DNA of 64,000 nt, taken from positions 19,273-83,272 of the forward strand of contig CAJKQX010000001.1 of the NCBI GenBank assembly GCA_905202125.1, read 5' to 3'. Within the stretch, counting starts at the first letter, position 1, and every line of letters begins with the position of its first letter. Position numbers and translations under genes: made by a program. Below are positions 37,511 to 47,515 of this stretch, piece by piece. The notes under the pieces were generated by a model that had not been told where the DNA came from, made no database searches, and was given only the letters and a program-made list of their open reading frames with translations. This stretch comes from an uncultured Prevotella sp. GTDB taxonomy: Bacteria > Bacteroidota > Bacteroidia > Bacteroidales > Bacteroidaceae.

Positions 37511-38617
37511 CTACACCGAGAGGCTCGTATTCAACACATTTTCGTTTGTAGTACTGATACGCAAATGATATTTCCCGTCGTAGCGGATTGTCATCAGACG
37601 TTGAGGATCGGCCACACTGTTGTGCAAAGCAAGAGCCACATGCCCCATTGTCCGACGCAGATTGAGTTCGACACAAGGATGTATCAGGAATCTTTTTCGC
37701 GTATCATCCGCCACTATCATCAAGTCGATACCAAACGGACCGACGTATCTGCCATCAATGAAATATTGCATTCGATGGATGACACCATCACGAATTTTCG
37801 CGATAATCGTGGTATCAACATACCTTGACAATATTTCAAGCTTTTCCCGTTCCGATGCTATAATACTACCGGCGTAAGATCCATTCACCGTTTTGAATAT
37901 TGAAAGGCCCTTATATTCTACCCTCCCATTGGCAGTGGCAATAAACTCCATACCAAAATCTTCCACCTTATCATAATATGGTTCAACCATCAAGCCTCCT
38001 TGACGAGACAATATATTGCGGCACCATCCGATGAGCGGTTGCTCCAAAGTATGCTCTACATAACGAACGCCGCGACCGCTACAACTCCACGGGGCCTTTA
38101 CCACACTTTTTCCATTGGTCTCGATTTCGGAAATGACAGAATCGAGATTGTCAAGATAAACGGCACGACCCACAAACGAACTGTCGAGCGAACAGAGATA
38201 AGGAAGCAAATGTTCGGATGCAAAACGGCGGTTGCTCATCGTGCGAATATTGTCGACACTTGTCTTATCCTGAACCACCTGTACAAAAGTATTATTGGTA
38301 TGGACGAGCTGTCTTGTCAACATCATATCCCAGCCCCAGGGAGATACTTTCAATTGTCTTATGCTATCGGCATTGAGTAAACTGAGATCCGCCAATGTGA
38401 CGAAAACAACATCTGCCGCAAAAGACTTGACATGTCTGACCATCTCAAGTGCCGCCTCGGTATCATCGACCAATACCAAGTCGCCGTCTTCGGCCCAAAG
38501 AGCCGGAAGAAAGCCTAAATCCCTACGGAGATTTCGCGCCGCATGAGGTGGGGTAAACAAACCATCAGTCGAAACCAATGCCAAATCGTGCTCGGGATTG
38601 AATATATGTAATTTCAT
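37511..38617 (-). CDS. ATP-grasp-fold hypothetical protein
   Basis: 368 aa. KAPWSCSGRGV glycine-rich loop. E-L-N-L-R (ExN Mg-binding) motif near the C-terminus. No functional partners nearby. Confidence 0.45.
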   Translation of the reverse strand: MKLHIFNPEHDLALVSTDGLFTPPHAARNLRRDLGFLPALWAEDGDLVLVDDTEAALEMVRHVKSFAADVVFVTLADLSLLNADSIRQLKVSPWGWDMMLTRQLVHTNNTFVQVVQDKTSVDNIRTMSNRRFASEHLLPYLCSLDSSFVGRAVYLDNLDSVISEIETNGKSVVKAPWSCSGRGVRYVEHTLEQPLIGWCRNILSRQGGLMVEPYYDKVEDFGMEFIATANGRVEYKGLSIFKTVNGSYAGSIIASEREKLEILSRYVDTTIIAKIRDGVIHRMQYFIDGRYVGPFGIDLMIVADDTRKRFLIHPCVELNLRRTMGHVALALHNSVADPQRLMTIRYDGKYHLRISTTNENVLNTSLSV

Positions 38618-38818
38618 AATCGTGATACAATCTTCTGGAATAAAAAAATTTCTTGCAAACGATGATTACATAACTTATCATCTGTACCAATATTTATCGT
38701 CATGCAAAGTTAATGCAAAAATCTGTGGTTTGAAAATATCTTGTAACAATAATCATCAGGACTGAACCAAAATCAGGAATAATCAATCAAGCATAAAACA
38801 AGTTCCGGGAACAAACCT

Positions 38819-38893
38819 AAAACCCAAATCGTCATTAGACCGACAATGGGCGTAAATGTTAATTATCGTATTGTCTGTTCACGTGTTTTGGGC
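38819..38893. repeat. MITE-like element, short form (copy B)
   Basis: AACCCAAATCGTCATTAGACCGACAATGGGCGTAAATG...CACGTGTTTTGGGCT. Homologous to the left half of copies A and C. Confidence 0.7.
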
Positions 38894-39075
38894 TAAAAAA
38901 TCACCGCATTTGTCAAAAAAAATTACCATTTTTCCCCTCCATGCTTGCGATATTTTCAATCGAGATATCTGACGGTCATTTTATCGCAAAAATAACGCGT
39001 TCTATTAACACGCTGATTATCAATATATTATAGCCGAATAGTTATCCGACAGCACCCCAAAACCATCAAAATCGG

Positions 39076-39163
39076 CTTTCAAAAGAGCCCAACTTGGCAT
39101 GCAAAAGGGCCCATTTCGGCCTCCGAAAGGGTTCTTTTCACCATGCAAAAGGGCCTCTTTTGG
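39076..39163 (+). repeat. triple-hairpin AAAGGGCC-type element (copy 2)
   Basis: CAAAAGAGCCCAACTTGG / GCAAAAGGGCCCATTTCGG / CCGAAAGGGTTCTTTTC / GCAAAAGGGCCTCTTTTGG. Aligns with 59230-59316 and with the reverse complement of 11771-11872. Confidence 0.7.
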
Positions 39164-39414
39164 ATAAAGACATGGATTTACCACATCATTGAAACGATTT
39201 TTTCGTCAAAAAAGACGGTTTCAGCTTCCAGAATGGAAGAAAAAGCCAGAGGTATTTTGTAAAGATTTTTTACTATAAAGGAAGCCCTATTCCGAAGCCC
39301 CTCCTTCTCTCCAAATGGAGAGAGGGAGAAACAAAGATTGAGTTATGAGATGGAAGTGGACCTATGGCCCACTTATGGAGGAGAGTAACATACAATTTAC
39401 AAAATATCACAATA

Positions 39415-39612
39415 TTAAACCCAATCGCATTAGACCGACAATGGGTATGAATGATGGTTATCGTATTGTCTGTTCACGTGTTTTGGGTTTCTATTTGTCG
39501 TCTTGCTTCCCGTCTTGTCTCGCCATAGCCCGCTATGCCTTCGACAATACGGTCGCAATACAACAAATATAATCTCCAAAACAGCCATGAACACTAATGA
39601 CCGATTTGGGCT
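39415..39612. repeat. MITE-like element, long composite form (copy C)
   Basis: Left half like copy B, conserved middle, right half like copy D (CCAAAACAGCCATGAACACTAATGACCGATTTGGGCT). Confidence 0.75.
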
Positions 39613-39642
39613 AAAAAAAAGGAGGTAATCGCCTCCTTTTTT
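39613..39642. terminator. bidirectional rho-independent terminator
   Basis: A8-GGAGG-TAATCG-CCTCC-T6. Serves the convergent DUF1846 gene. Confidence 0.75.
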
Positions 39643-39669
39643 CATTATTTTTTTATTCTATTCTATTCT

Positions 39670-41166
39670 TTATTTCTTCTTCACCGGGTCACAGGTGAGA
39701 CCGATTCCGAGTTTCTTGAAAATCTTCCGGTCTACCTCAGAGAGCATCACTGTGGAATGGACCTGACAGCCACACAACTTAGGCAGTTGCTCAAGAGCCT
39801 TACGGCAGTTGTCGTCAGCCTCGCTAAGTACGGACAGCGCTACAAGTACCTCATCGGTATGCAGACGTGGGTTGTTTCCTGCGAGATACTCCACCTTTGT
39901 CTTCTGTATCGGCTCTATCATCCTCTGCGGTATCAGTTTCACCTTGTGGTCGATACCTGCAAGATGCTTTGTGGCATTGAGGAGCAAGGCGGCACTCGGA
40001 CCGAGCAGCTCCGATGTCTGAGCTGTTATCATTGTACCGTCTGCAAGCTCGATGGCTGCGGAAGGAGTACCCGACTCGTCACGGCGGCGCTTTGCCTCGA
40101 GGGTAACCTTTCTTGTCGCAGTGCTTATCTTCGCCTGATTGAAGAGCATCTGTATCTTCTGCACCTCGCTCTCGTTGTCGGCTCCGTTGGCGAATTTGTT
40201 TGTAGCGTCGTAGTAGCGGCGGATAATCTCGTCCTTAGAAGCATCGCAACATACCTTGTCATCGCTGATGCAGAAGCCAACCATGTTGACTCCCATATCC
40301 GTAGGCGACTTATACGGATTGGTGCCGTAGATGCCTTCGAAGAGAGCGTTGAGAACCGGGAAAATCTCGATGTCACGGTTGTAGTTGATGGCTATCTCGC
40401 CGTATGCCTCAAGATGAAACGGGTCTATCATGTTCACATCGTTAAGGTCGGCTGTCGCTGCCTCGTAGGCTATGTTCACAGGATGTTTCAACGGGAGGTT
40501 CCACACAGGGAAAGTCTCGAACTTGGCATATCCTGCCTCGATGCCATGCTTATTCTCATTATAGAGCTGGGAAAGACAGACAGCCATCTTGCCGGAACCG
40601 GGACCGGGAGCGGTGACAATGACGAGCGAACGCTCTGTCTGTACATAGTCGTTCTTGCCAAATCCCTCGTCGCTGGCTATAAGCTCCACATTATGCGGAT
40701 AGCCGTCGATGAGATAATGCACGTATGACTTGATGCCCATACGGTTGAGCCTCTGTCGGAAAGCGTCGGCGGCATGCTGCCCGTTGTAATGGGTTATCAC
40801 GACAGAGCCTACAAAGAAACCGCGGCTGCCGAACTCGTCACGAAGCCTCAGCACATCCTCATCGTAAGTGATGCCGAGGTCGGCACGCACCTTGTTCTTC
40901 TCGATATCCTCAGCGCTGACAACGATGACAATCTCTATCTGGTCGCTGATTTTCTGAAACATACGCAACTTTGAGTCAGGCTGGAAGCCCGGCAGAACAC
41001 GGCTGGCATGATGGTCGTCAAACAGTTTGCCGCCAAGCTCAAGATACAGTTTGCCGCTGAACTGCGCTATACGCTTCTTGATATTCTCCGACTGAATACT
41101 AAGGTACTTATCGTTATCAAAACCAATCTTCATCCCTGTTGTTGTGTTCATAATATAAAAGTTCAC
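39670..41166 (-). CDS. DUF1846 / UPF0371-family protein
   Basis: 498 aa. I call it by length and overall resemblance to UPF0371 proteins of Firmicutes and Bacteroidetes. Function unknown. Confidence 0.5.
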   Translation of the reverse strand: MNFYIMNTTTGMKIGFDNDKYLSIQSENIKKRIAQFSGKLYLELGGKLFDDHHASRVLPGFQPDSKLRMFQKISDQIEIVIVVSAEDIEKNKVRADLGITYDEDVLRLRDEFGSRGFFVGSVVITHYNGQHAADAFRQRLNRMGIKSYVHYLIDGYPHNVELIASDEGFGKNDYVQTERSLVIVTAPGPGSGKMAVCLSQLYNENKHGIEAGYAKFETFPVWNLPLKHPVNIAYEAATADLNDVNMIDPFHLEAYGEIAINYNRDIEIFPVLNALFEGIYGTNPYKSPTDMGVNMVGFCISDDKVCCDASKDEIIRRYYDATNKFANGADNESEVQKIQMLFNQAKISTATRKVTLEAKRRRDESGTPSAAIELADGTMITAQTSELLGPSAALLLNATKHLAGIDHKVKLIPQRMIEPIQKTKVEYLAGNNPRLHTDEVLVALSVLSEADDNCRKALEQLPKLCGCQVHSTVMLSEVDRKIFKKLGIGLTCDPVKKK

Positions 41167-41561
41167 TCCGAATTAAACTTCAAACATTAAGTCTCAGCCT
41201 CTGAATAGCAGGCCCTGACATTTTATATTCAGGGTGCAAAGTTACTTATTTTGGAGTAATTATGTGGTTGTTTATGTTCTTATTTTTTTATAACGAGGAT
41301 TTTTCTCTTTTTCAGAATCATATTGACAAAACTTATGTTCTTTTTTTTTGTTAATTCTCGCTTCTTGCGATAATCACAGTACTTTACGAGACGCTGACCT
41401 TATATTCCGGACATTCGGATTGACGTTTTTTTTTGCATCCGTCATGCAAGATTTTGGCCATTGGACAGTTCTTTATATAAAGAGGTGTGTGGCTGATTGA
41501 TTTACTGTGAGAAATTACGCCCTCACATAGAGAAGACAAATAAAGGAAAAAAAGACTGACG

Positions 41562-42098
41562 TTGAGAACCGACAAGCAGCTTGTCAATGACATTATGAAG
41601 GGCGACGGTATCGCCATGCGCGAACTGTACGACCGCTATTCGGGATATGCTATGGCCGTGTGCCGGAGATATATCCCGGATATGGACGATGTGAAGGATG
41701 TCATGCAGGAGAGCTTTGTCAAGGTATTTTCTTCTCTCTCCAGGTACGAATATCGTGGCGAGGGTTCGCTCAAGTCGTGGATTTCACGCATTGTCTCCAA
41801 CGAGGCTCTCGACCACATGCGTCGCAACGGTCGTGTGTCTTTTGTAGAAATGATACCCGATTTGCCTGATGAACCCGAGCCGGATATCGAGGATATCAGC
41901 GATGAGACGCTCACCGCCCTTATAGCCCGGCTTCCCGCCGGCTACCGCATGGTGCTCAATATGTATGTCTTTGAGCAGCTGAGCCACAAGGAGATAGCCG
42001 CCCGGCTCGGCATCTCGCCCGCCACATCCGCCTCACAATATTTTCACGCCAAAAAGATGTTGGCCAAAATGATTAACGACTATAAAAAACATAACTGA
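41562..42098 (+). CDS. ECF-type RNA polymerase sigma-70 factor
   Basis: 178 aa. Regions 2 and 4. The start may be an upstream TTG. Confidence 0.85.
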   Translation: MRTDKQLVNDIMKGDGIAMRELYDRYSGYAMAVCRRYIPDMDDVKDVMQESFVKVFSSLSRYEYRGEGSLKSWISRIVSNEALDHMRRNGRVSFVEMIPDLPDEPEPDIEDISDETLTALIARLPAGYRMVLNMYVFEQLSHKEIAARLGISPATSASQYFHAKKMLAKMINDYKKHN

Positions 42099-42099
42099 C

Positions 42100-43308
42100 A
42101 TGAAACAAAGGGACTGGACCAAACAGATGCGCGACAGACTTATCGATTATAAGGCTGACGTACCCGACAATCTGTGGCCGGACATCGAGAATGCCCTGCA
42201 ACGCAAGCGCCACCGCACACTCGTCATGAGACGCTACGCGCTGAGTGCGGCTGCCGTCGTGGCTGCGTTTGTGATTGTCGGTACTGCTTATATGCTCCAT
42301 CGTGGAAACCCGGACGGCTTGACAGCCTCTCATACGGATGTTCAGACAAACCATCCGTCCGCCATCTCTCAGACGGCATCGACCATCGTGGACGCCGACA
42401 AACCGTTCATTGCTGCCTTATCCGCCCCGCGGCATACGGCCCATGTAGCGGCAAGAGATATTGACCCGATCGGCAAGGTTAGTGCTGTCACTGCCGTTGA
42501 GACTCAGACGCAAGGTGTCATTTCCGGCCTTAACGACTCTCATAAGACGGAAGATATCGTTGCCATCGACCCCGCCGACAATCGAAGACCGTCTGCCGAG
42601 CGTGAACATTCCGCCCATAATGCGAATCGAAACGTGAACAGGTCCACACAGATGCCTGTTCATTATCGCGGTGGCAATATCACCATTGAGGCTTATTCGT
42701 CTAACATGATGAGCGGCAATAAGGATATGCAGGGTGCGGGCAACGTTAATCTGATGTCCGACTATGCCATGACGTCCAATATGCTTAAGGCCAAACCGAT
42801 GGGCACACCCGATGTTACTGAGAAAAAGAAACATTATATGCCGCTGACCTTCGGTGTGTCGGTGGGCTATGCCTTGAATGATCGTGTTGCGCTGTCTTCG
42901 GGTTTGGTGTATACACGCACGGTAGCCGATTTCACCAGCATTTCTGTTTCCAAGCGACAAACCGAGCGTCAGACGTTGCACTATGTGGGAATACCGCTCA
43001 ATGTGTATTATCGTGTGTGGAGCACAAAGGGGCTCAAGGTGTATGCCACGGCAGGTGTACAGGCCGATGTCAACGTGAGTGCCTCAAGCAAGAAGGACGG
43101 ACGCAAGAGCGACATCGACACGGACCGCATGCAATGGTCGGTTGGTGCTGCGGCAGGAGTGGAATATGATTTCGTACCGAAATTGGGCGTTTACGTCGAG
43201 CCGGGAGTGAAATACTACATCGACAACGGCAGCAGCATTGATAATGTTTTCAAGGACAAGCCATGCAATTTCAGTTTGCAGATAGGTTTGAGATACAATC
43301 TGAAATAG
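42100..43308 (+). CDS. anti-sigma-like N-terminal domain + TM + low-complexity linker + C-terminal outer-membrane beta-barrel (PorT/OMP_b-brl_2-like) fusion protein
   Basis: 402 aa. It starts 2 nt after the sigma stop. Cytoplasmic N-terminus, one TM (YALSAAAVVAAFVIVGTAYML), a Ser/Thr/Ala/Asn-rich linker, and a C-terminal ~170 aa of alternating-hydrophobic beta strands (VGAAAGVEYDF, LGVYVEPGVKYYI, SLQIGLRYNLK). Confidence 0.5.
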   Translation: MKQRDWTKQMRDRLIDYKADVPDNLWPDIENALQRKRHRTLVMRRYALSAAAVVAAFVIVGTAYMLHRGNPDGLTASHTDVQTNHPSAISQTASTIVDADKPFIAALSAPRHTAHVAARDIDPIGKVSAVTAVETQTQGVISGLNDSHKTEDIVAIDPADNRRPSAEREHSAHNANRNVNRSTQMPVHYRGGNITIEAYSSNMMSGNKDMQGAGNVNLMSDYAMTSNMLKAKPMGTPDVTEKKKHYMPLTFGVSVGYALNDRVALSSGLVYTRTVADFTSISVSKRQTERQTLHYVGIPLNVYYRVWSTKGLKVYATAGVQADVNVSASSKKDGRKSDIDTDRMQWSVGAAAGVEYDFVPKLGVYVEPGVKYYIDNGSSIDNVFKDKPCNFSLQIGLRYNLK

Positions 43309-43341
43309 CGGACGCAATCTTTTCTGCGTCCGATGGAAAAA

Positions 43342-44988
43342 TCATTTGTCCGTCGGACCTTCCAATATATATCGTCCGTCGCTCCATATCTCGGTGAATT
43401 TGCCGATGCTGTGGAGATATTGTCTTACAAGGATGTCCTTCCCGCTCATGTCTTGCGTGTCCAGCAGAAGGTAGGGCAGGCGTCCCGTGTGCTTGTAGGC
43501 CGTGTCGATATATCGATTGTTCATCGTCGCAGTTGTGAAAAGGGTGCTGAACACGGCATACGGTTTGCTGTCGAGCAATGAAATCATCGGTATCGAGAAA
43601 TTGCAAACCATGTAGCTCCCCTCGGGCAACATGGGCTTGAGCGTATGTATCAGTTGGTTGTACATGTCGGCATTTTCTTTGGTCGTGAGTATGCCCTGTG
43701 TCAACTCGCTGTCTATCGTGTAACGGCATTGCAGGCGATTGCCATCTTCCATCATCGGTCGTTTCACGTTGGTGTAAACCATCGCTGCGCACACCATCAC
43801 AAAACCAAGCCTGAGCGACCGTCCCACCGCCGCTTGATATTTCTCTTTTATCCGTTTTATACCTTCTGCCATCATGCCCACGGCCAATGGCAATGTGAGA
43901 TGACAGATGTCCTTGCCATAGAATTCCGGACCGGCATTGCTGCCTATGGGAAAGACGACAGGGATGAACAGTGACAATAAGAACAGCGATGCCGTATCGG
44001 TCCGCATGTCCTTGCACAGGAATACCACGGGCAATGCCGCCAGACATATTCCGACGGTGATATTGGCCGGTGCCTCCCACAGATAGATGTTCACGATGAT
44101 GAGGATGGACAGGGCTGCGTTGGCGACGAAGCGTCTCGCTCCTCGCAGATGGATGTTGCCAAGCGTAATCAGAACTGTCAGCAGTAAGACGGGAGCAATG
44201 CCTTGAATGACGCCCTTGTACAGAGTGTAGGCACTGATGATGATTGTCGGCAGACTGTGGCAGTCGTCCGCGCCGCCCGTTATCCGTGTTATGTCCATGA
44301 CGGTGAGCCGTAGTACGTCCTGCATGTTGCCGGCGTAGACTATGCTAAGGGCCAAAGCCAGTCCGAGAAAGGCTCCCGTGAAGAAAGCGAAACATATCTT
44401 CCGTGTGCCGATGGCCATCAGTCGGCGCAGCGATACGAGCCATATCATCACCGGAAGGGCAAGAAACGTGAGATTGACAATCCTGAACAATATCGCAAAA
44501 CCGGCAAATGCGCCGCTCAACATGATAGCAAAGGCACGGCTGCGGGTCATGCCGTGATGGGCCGCGAGAATGCTCAGGGTGAGCAGAAATATGGAATAGT
44601 CGTTGTAGTTTATCTCTGTGTAACTGCCGAAATGGGCCAGAGTGGCCAGTGTCAGTCCTGCGATGATATGGCGCGGGCGGACATATTGCCGCAGATAAAA
44701 GTATATGACGGTTTGCGAGAGTATTGTCAGTGCGAGGTGCAAGAGGCGGATACCCAAGAATGTTTTTATAGTAAGAGCTTTGCAAATGAGCGATGACAGT
44801 TGATAGGTGAGCAACCATTGACCCAAATAATATGTTGTGTGCGGCTCGTTACTGAAATGCTGATAGCCCGACATATAGATGCCGATGTCGAGAAAAGAGA
44901 AACCTTGAAACATCTGCATGCCTAAATATATCGTGGCAAAGATGATGTAGATGATGAACGCGCGGTGGTCGCTGATAGTCTTGAACAT
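43342..44988 (-). CDS. polytopic membrane protein, candidate glycosyltransferase or polymerase
   Basis: 548 aa. At least 11 predicted TM segments, then a ~150-aa soluble C-terminal domain. Last gene of the deoxy-aminosugar operon. No family assignment. Confidence 0.3.
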   Translation of the reverse strand: MFKTISDHRAFIIYIIFATIYLGMQMFQGFSFLDIGIYMSGYQHFSNEPHTTYYLGQWLLTYQLSSLICKALTIKTFLGIRLLHLALTILSQTVIYFYLRQYVRPRHIIAGLTLATLAHFGSYTEINYNDYSIFLLTLSILAAHHGMTRSRAFAIMLSGAFAGFAILFRIVNLTFLALPVMIWLVSLRRLMAIGTRKICFAFFTGAFLGLALALSIVYAGNMQDVLRLTVMDITRITGGADDCHSLPTIIISAYTLYKGVIQGIAPVLLLTVLITLGNIHLRGARRFVANAALSILIIVNIYLWEAPANITVGICLAALPVVFLCKDMRTDTASLFLLSLFIPVVFPIGSNAGPEFYGKDICHLTLPLAVGMMAEGIKRIKEKYQAAVGRSLRLGFVMVCAAMVYTNVKRPMMEDGNRLQCRYTIDSELTQGILTTKENADMYNQLIHTLKPMLPEGSYMVCNFSIPMISLLDSKPYAVFSTLFTTATMNNRYIDTAYKHTGRLPYLLLDTQDMSGKDILVRQYLHSIGKFTEIWSDGRYILEGPTDK

Positions 44989-45079
44989 ACAGTCTGAATG
45001 GTCTTTTATGATAGTTTGGTCGGGCTGATGGGTTGGTTTTTATGATTTAAACGAGCAGGCAGATAGCGGTGTGTGGGGG

Positions 45080-46003
45080 TTACAGCTCGAACGAACACTT
45101 GGTCGAAGCCCCGCATCCGATGCTCTCCTTGAAGTTGCACAGCCCGTAGTTGGGCACACCGCCTTCGGTAGAAGGCCCGATATCGAGAATGTGTGCTCCC
45201 TTCTTGTTGTAAAAGTCGAATACGTGATAGACCAGACGGTTCATAGGACGCAGGTCGGAGTAGCGACGTATATCGCCCCAGTAGATCACCTGATAAATGT
45301 CTTCGGCCGTCTGAAACACCTGAGCCGCAGCCGCACCCGTGCCTTCGTGACTTAGGATGAAGAAATCGGCTGGAATAAGCCGGGTCGTTTTCATGACATC
45401 TTCGAGCGTCATACGTAGCGGATAACTGTGCTCCTCGCGGTTGCGGCGTATGATGTCGTAAGCCTCGGCCATGCCTTTCGGGTCGTCGGTACCGATATGC
45501 CGGAACTCAAAATCCTCGTTCATGGCCCGCTTGAGATTCTTTTTCGCATTGCGCTCGATTATCTCGTCATAGCGCTCTATGAGGCTTAAGTCGAAATGAT
45601 AGTTTATCTCCACATGGCGCAATGTGGCTCTTCGCGACAGCACGTTGATAGTGTGTGTGGTGAGACGCGGGTCGTACAGCGATGGCGGGAGGGTGATCAC
45701 GATTCTCTTGCCGTGCGTCCGACCATACTCTTTCAGCTCGGCCACGGCCTCGTCAAGATATTCGAGCCTCTGATTTTTTATCGGAGAGAAACCGCCGAAC
45801 GGAGCCGAGAAAGGAGAGAAAAATGCCGTATCCTTCTCGCCGAGTATAATGCCGAATCGCGTTTTCGTGTCTTCGAACAACAGATAACGCACATGAGCAA
45901 CCTTTTGCCGGTTTAGTTCGGCAAATCCGGTTGTATTATATATGTGTGGATGACGTGCCAGACAACCTTTGTATTCCTCTGCGGATACTTCCCTGATATA
46001 CAT
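45080..46003 (-). CDS. FemAB-like / BioF2-like (Acetyltransf_6) GNAT-fold acyltransferase
   Basis: 307 aa. Weak resemblance to FemAB-family / Acetyltransf_6 proteins found in polysaccharide loci. The call rests mainly on size, context and fold-level similarity. Confidence 0.35.
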   Translation of the reverse strand: MYIREVSAEEYKGCLARHPHIYNTTGFAELNRQKVAHVRYLLFEDTKTRFGIILGEKDTAFFSPFSAPFGGFSPIKNQRLEYLDEAVAELKEYGRTHGKRIVITLPPSLYDPRLTTHTINVLSRRATLRHVEINYHFDLSLIERYDEIIERNAKKNLKRAMNEDFEFRHIGTDDPKGMAEAYDIIRRNREEHSYPLRMTLEDVMKTTRLIPADFFILSHEGTGAAAAQVFQTAEDIYQVIYWGDIRRYSDLRPMNRLVYHVFDFYNKKGAHILDIGPSTEGGVPNYGLCNFKESIGCGASTKCSFEL

Positions 46004-46006
46004 TTT

Positions 46007-47107
46007 CTATTTGAAATTATTGAGCAGTTCCACCACGGTGCGGCGTTCCTCCTCTTTAAGGATGGGGCTCACCGGGATGCTCAGTTCCTCTCGGTGTATC
46101 TTCTCGCTTATAGGCAACGACAGACGACAGTATTGTTTGTAGCATTCCTGTTTGTGTGGCGGGATAGGGTAATGGATGTCCGTCTGCACACCGTTGTCGG
46201 CGAGATATTGTTTCAGTCGGTCTCTTTCTTCGCACAATATCGGGAAAATATGAAAGACGTTGTTTTCCAGATAGTCCATTGTCGGCACTTTTATGCGCTC
46301 GTTGCGAATGTTGCGAATGTAGTGAAGGGCATTGTCTCGGCGCATGCCGTTGTCCCTTTCAAGATACGGGAGTTTGGCATTGAGTATGGCGGCCTGCACC
46401 TCGTCTATGCGACTGTTTATCCCCACATGCGTGAAAACGTATTTCTTCGCGCTGCCATAGTTGGCTATTCCCCTCACCAGACGTGCCAATTCGTCATCAT
46501 TGGTGGTCACTGCACCGGCATCACCAAGTGCTCCGAGATTTTTTGTGGGATAAAAACTGTGGCCCGCCGCATCGCCTATCGCGCCTGTCATCGTGTCCTT
46601 GTATCGGCAGCCATGAGCCTGCGCGTTGTCCTCTATCAGTTTCAGACCATGCCGCCGGCATATCTCCCCGATGTTGTCCGAGTAGGCGCATTTGCCGTAA
46701 AGATGCACTATCATGATGCCTTTTGTGCGCCGTGTGATAGCCTCTTCTATGCGCCGGTCGTCTATCTGCAGCGTCTTTATGTCAGGCTCCACAAATACCG
46801 GATGCAGCTTGTTCCATGTCACGGCCAGTATCGAGGCGATGTATGTGTTGGCCGGAACGATGATTTCATCCCCTTCGCTCATCACTCCCATCTCGATGTA
46901 CGCCCTCAGTATGAGCGTCAAGGCATCCAGACCGTTGCCGCAAGCCACGCAATGAGAGCTCCCGATGTAGTCGGCATAAGCACTCTCGAAGGCTGCGGTC
47001 TCCTCTCCGCGGAGATACCATCCGCTGTCGCATACGCGGCGCATGGCTTCGTGAATGTCGTCGGCGTATCTTGATGTGAGTTGGGATAGATCGGTGAGAT
47101 ATATCAT
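46007..47107 (-). CDS. DegT/DnrJ/EryC1/StrS-family PLP sugar aminotransferase (FdtB/QdtB-like)
   Basis: 366 aa. Conserved [17 protein letters not shown] lysine region. Overlaps fdtA by 4 nt. Confidence 0.8.
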   Translation of the reverse strand: MIYLTDLSQLTSRYADDIHEAMRRVCDSGWYLRGEETAAFESAYADYIGSSHCVACGNGLDALTLILRAYIEMGVMSEGDEIIVPANTYIASILAVTWNKLHPVFVEPDIKTLQIDDRRIEEAITRRTKGIMIVHLYGKCAYSDNIGEICRRHGLKLIEDNAQAHGCRYKDTMTGAIGDAAGHSFYPTKNLGALGDAGAVTTNDDELARLVRGIANYGSAKKYVFTHVGINSRIDEVQAAILNAKLPYLERDNGMRRDNALHYIRNIRNERIKVPTMDYLENNVFHIFPILCEERDRLKQYLADNGVQTDIHYPIPPHKQECYKQYCRLSLPISEKIHREELSIPVSPILKEEERRTVVELLNNFK

Positions 47108-47514
47108 TTGATGTATTCGAGATAATCTTCGTAATGGCGGATGTAGTCGTTCTCGTCAAATTCTTGGGATGCCAAAACAAGGCATACGGCACCCGACGAG
47201 AAATCGTCGAGTGTCCGCCATACGCCCGTTTCTATAATCAGGCCTTCGTAAGGACGATTCAGAAGAAACGTTTTTTTCTCCGTGCTGTTGTCGAGAGTGA
47301 CCGTGAACGATCCGCTCACGGCTATTATTATCTCGCGACACTGCTTGTGGGCATGTCCGCCGCGGCTCTCTCCGGCCGGCACATCATACAACCAGTACAC
47401 CCGTCGGATATCGAACGGTATGTTGTCGAGACTCTGTGCCACGGTGAGATTGCCTCGTGGGTCCGTAATCTTGGACAGACCGATTATTCTTCCTTCCGAA
47501 TCATCCATCGCCAT
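47104..47514 (-). CDS. WxcM-like cupin, dTDP-4-keto-6-deoxyglucose 3,4-ketoisomerase (FdtA/QdtA-like)
   Basis: 136 aa. Motifs DPRGNL...[20 protein letters not shown] characteristic of FdtA-type isomerases. Confidence 0.7.
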   Translation of the reverse strand: MAMDDSEGRIIGLSKITDPRGNLTVAQSLDNIPFDIRRVYWLYDVPAGESRGGHAHKQCREIIIAVSGSFTVTLDNSTEKKTFLLNRPYEGLIIETGVWRTLDDFSSGAVCLVLASQEFDENDYIRHYEDYLEYIK

Positions 47515-47515
47515 A

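Noticed and set aside
37219-39572. Two 75-aa ORFs sharing NRIRPTMGMNDGYRIVCSRVLGFYLSSC...AIARYAFD
   Set aside because: The shared segment is simply the translated MITE-like repeat. The N-termini differ, and there are no start or RBS context features.
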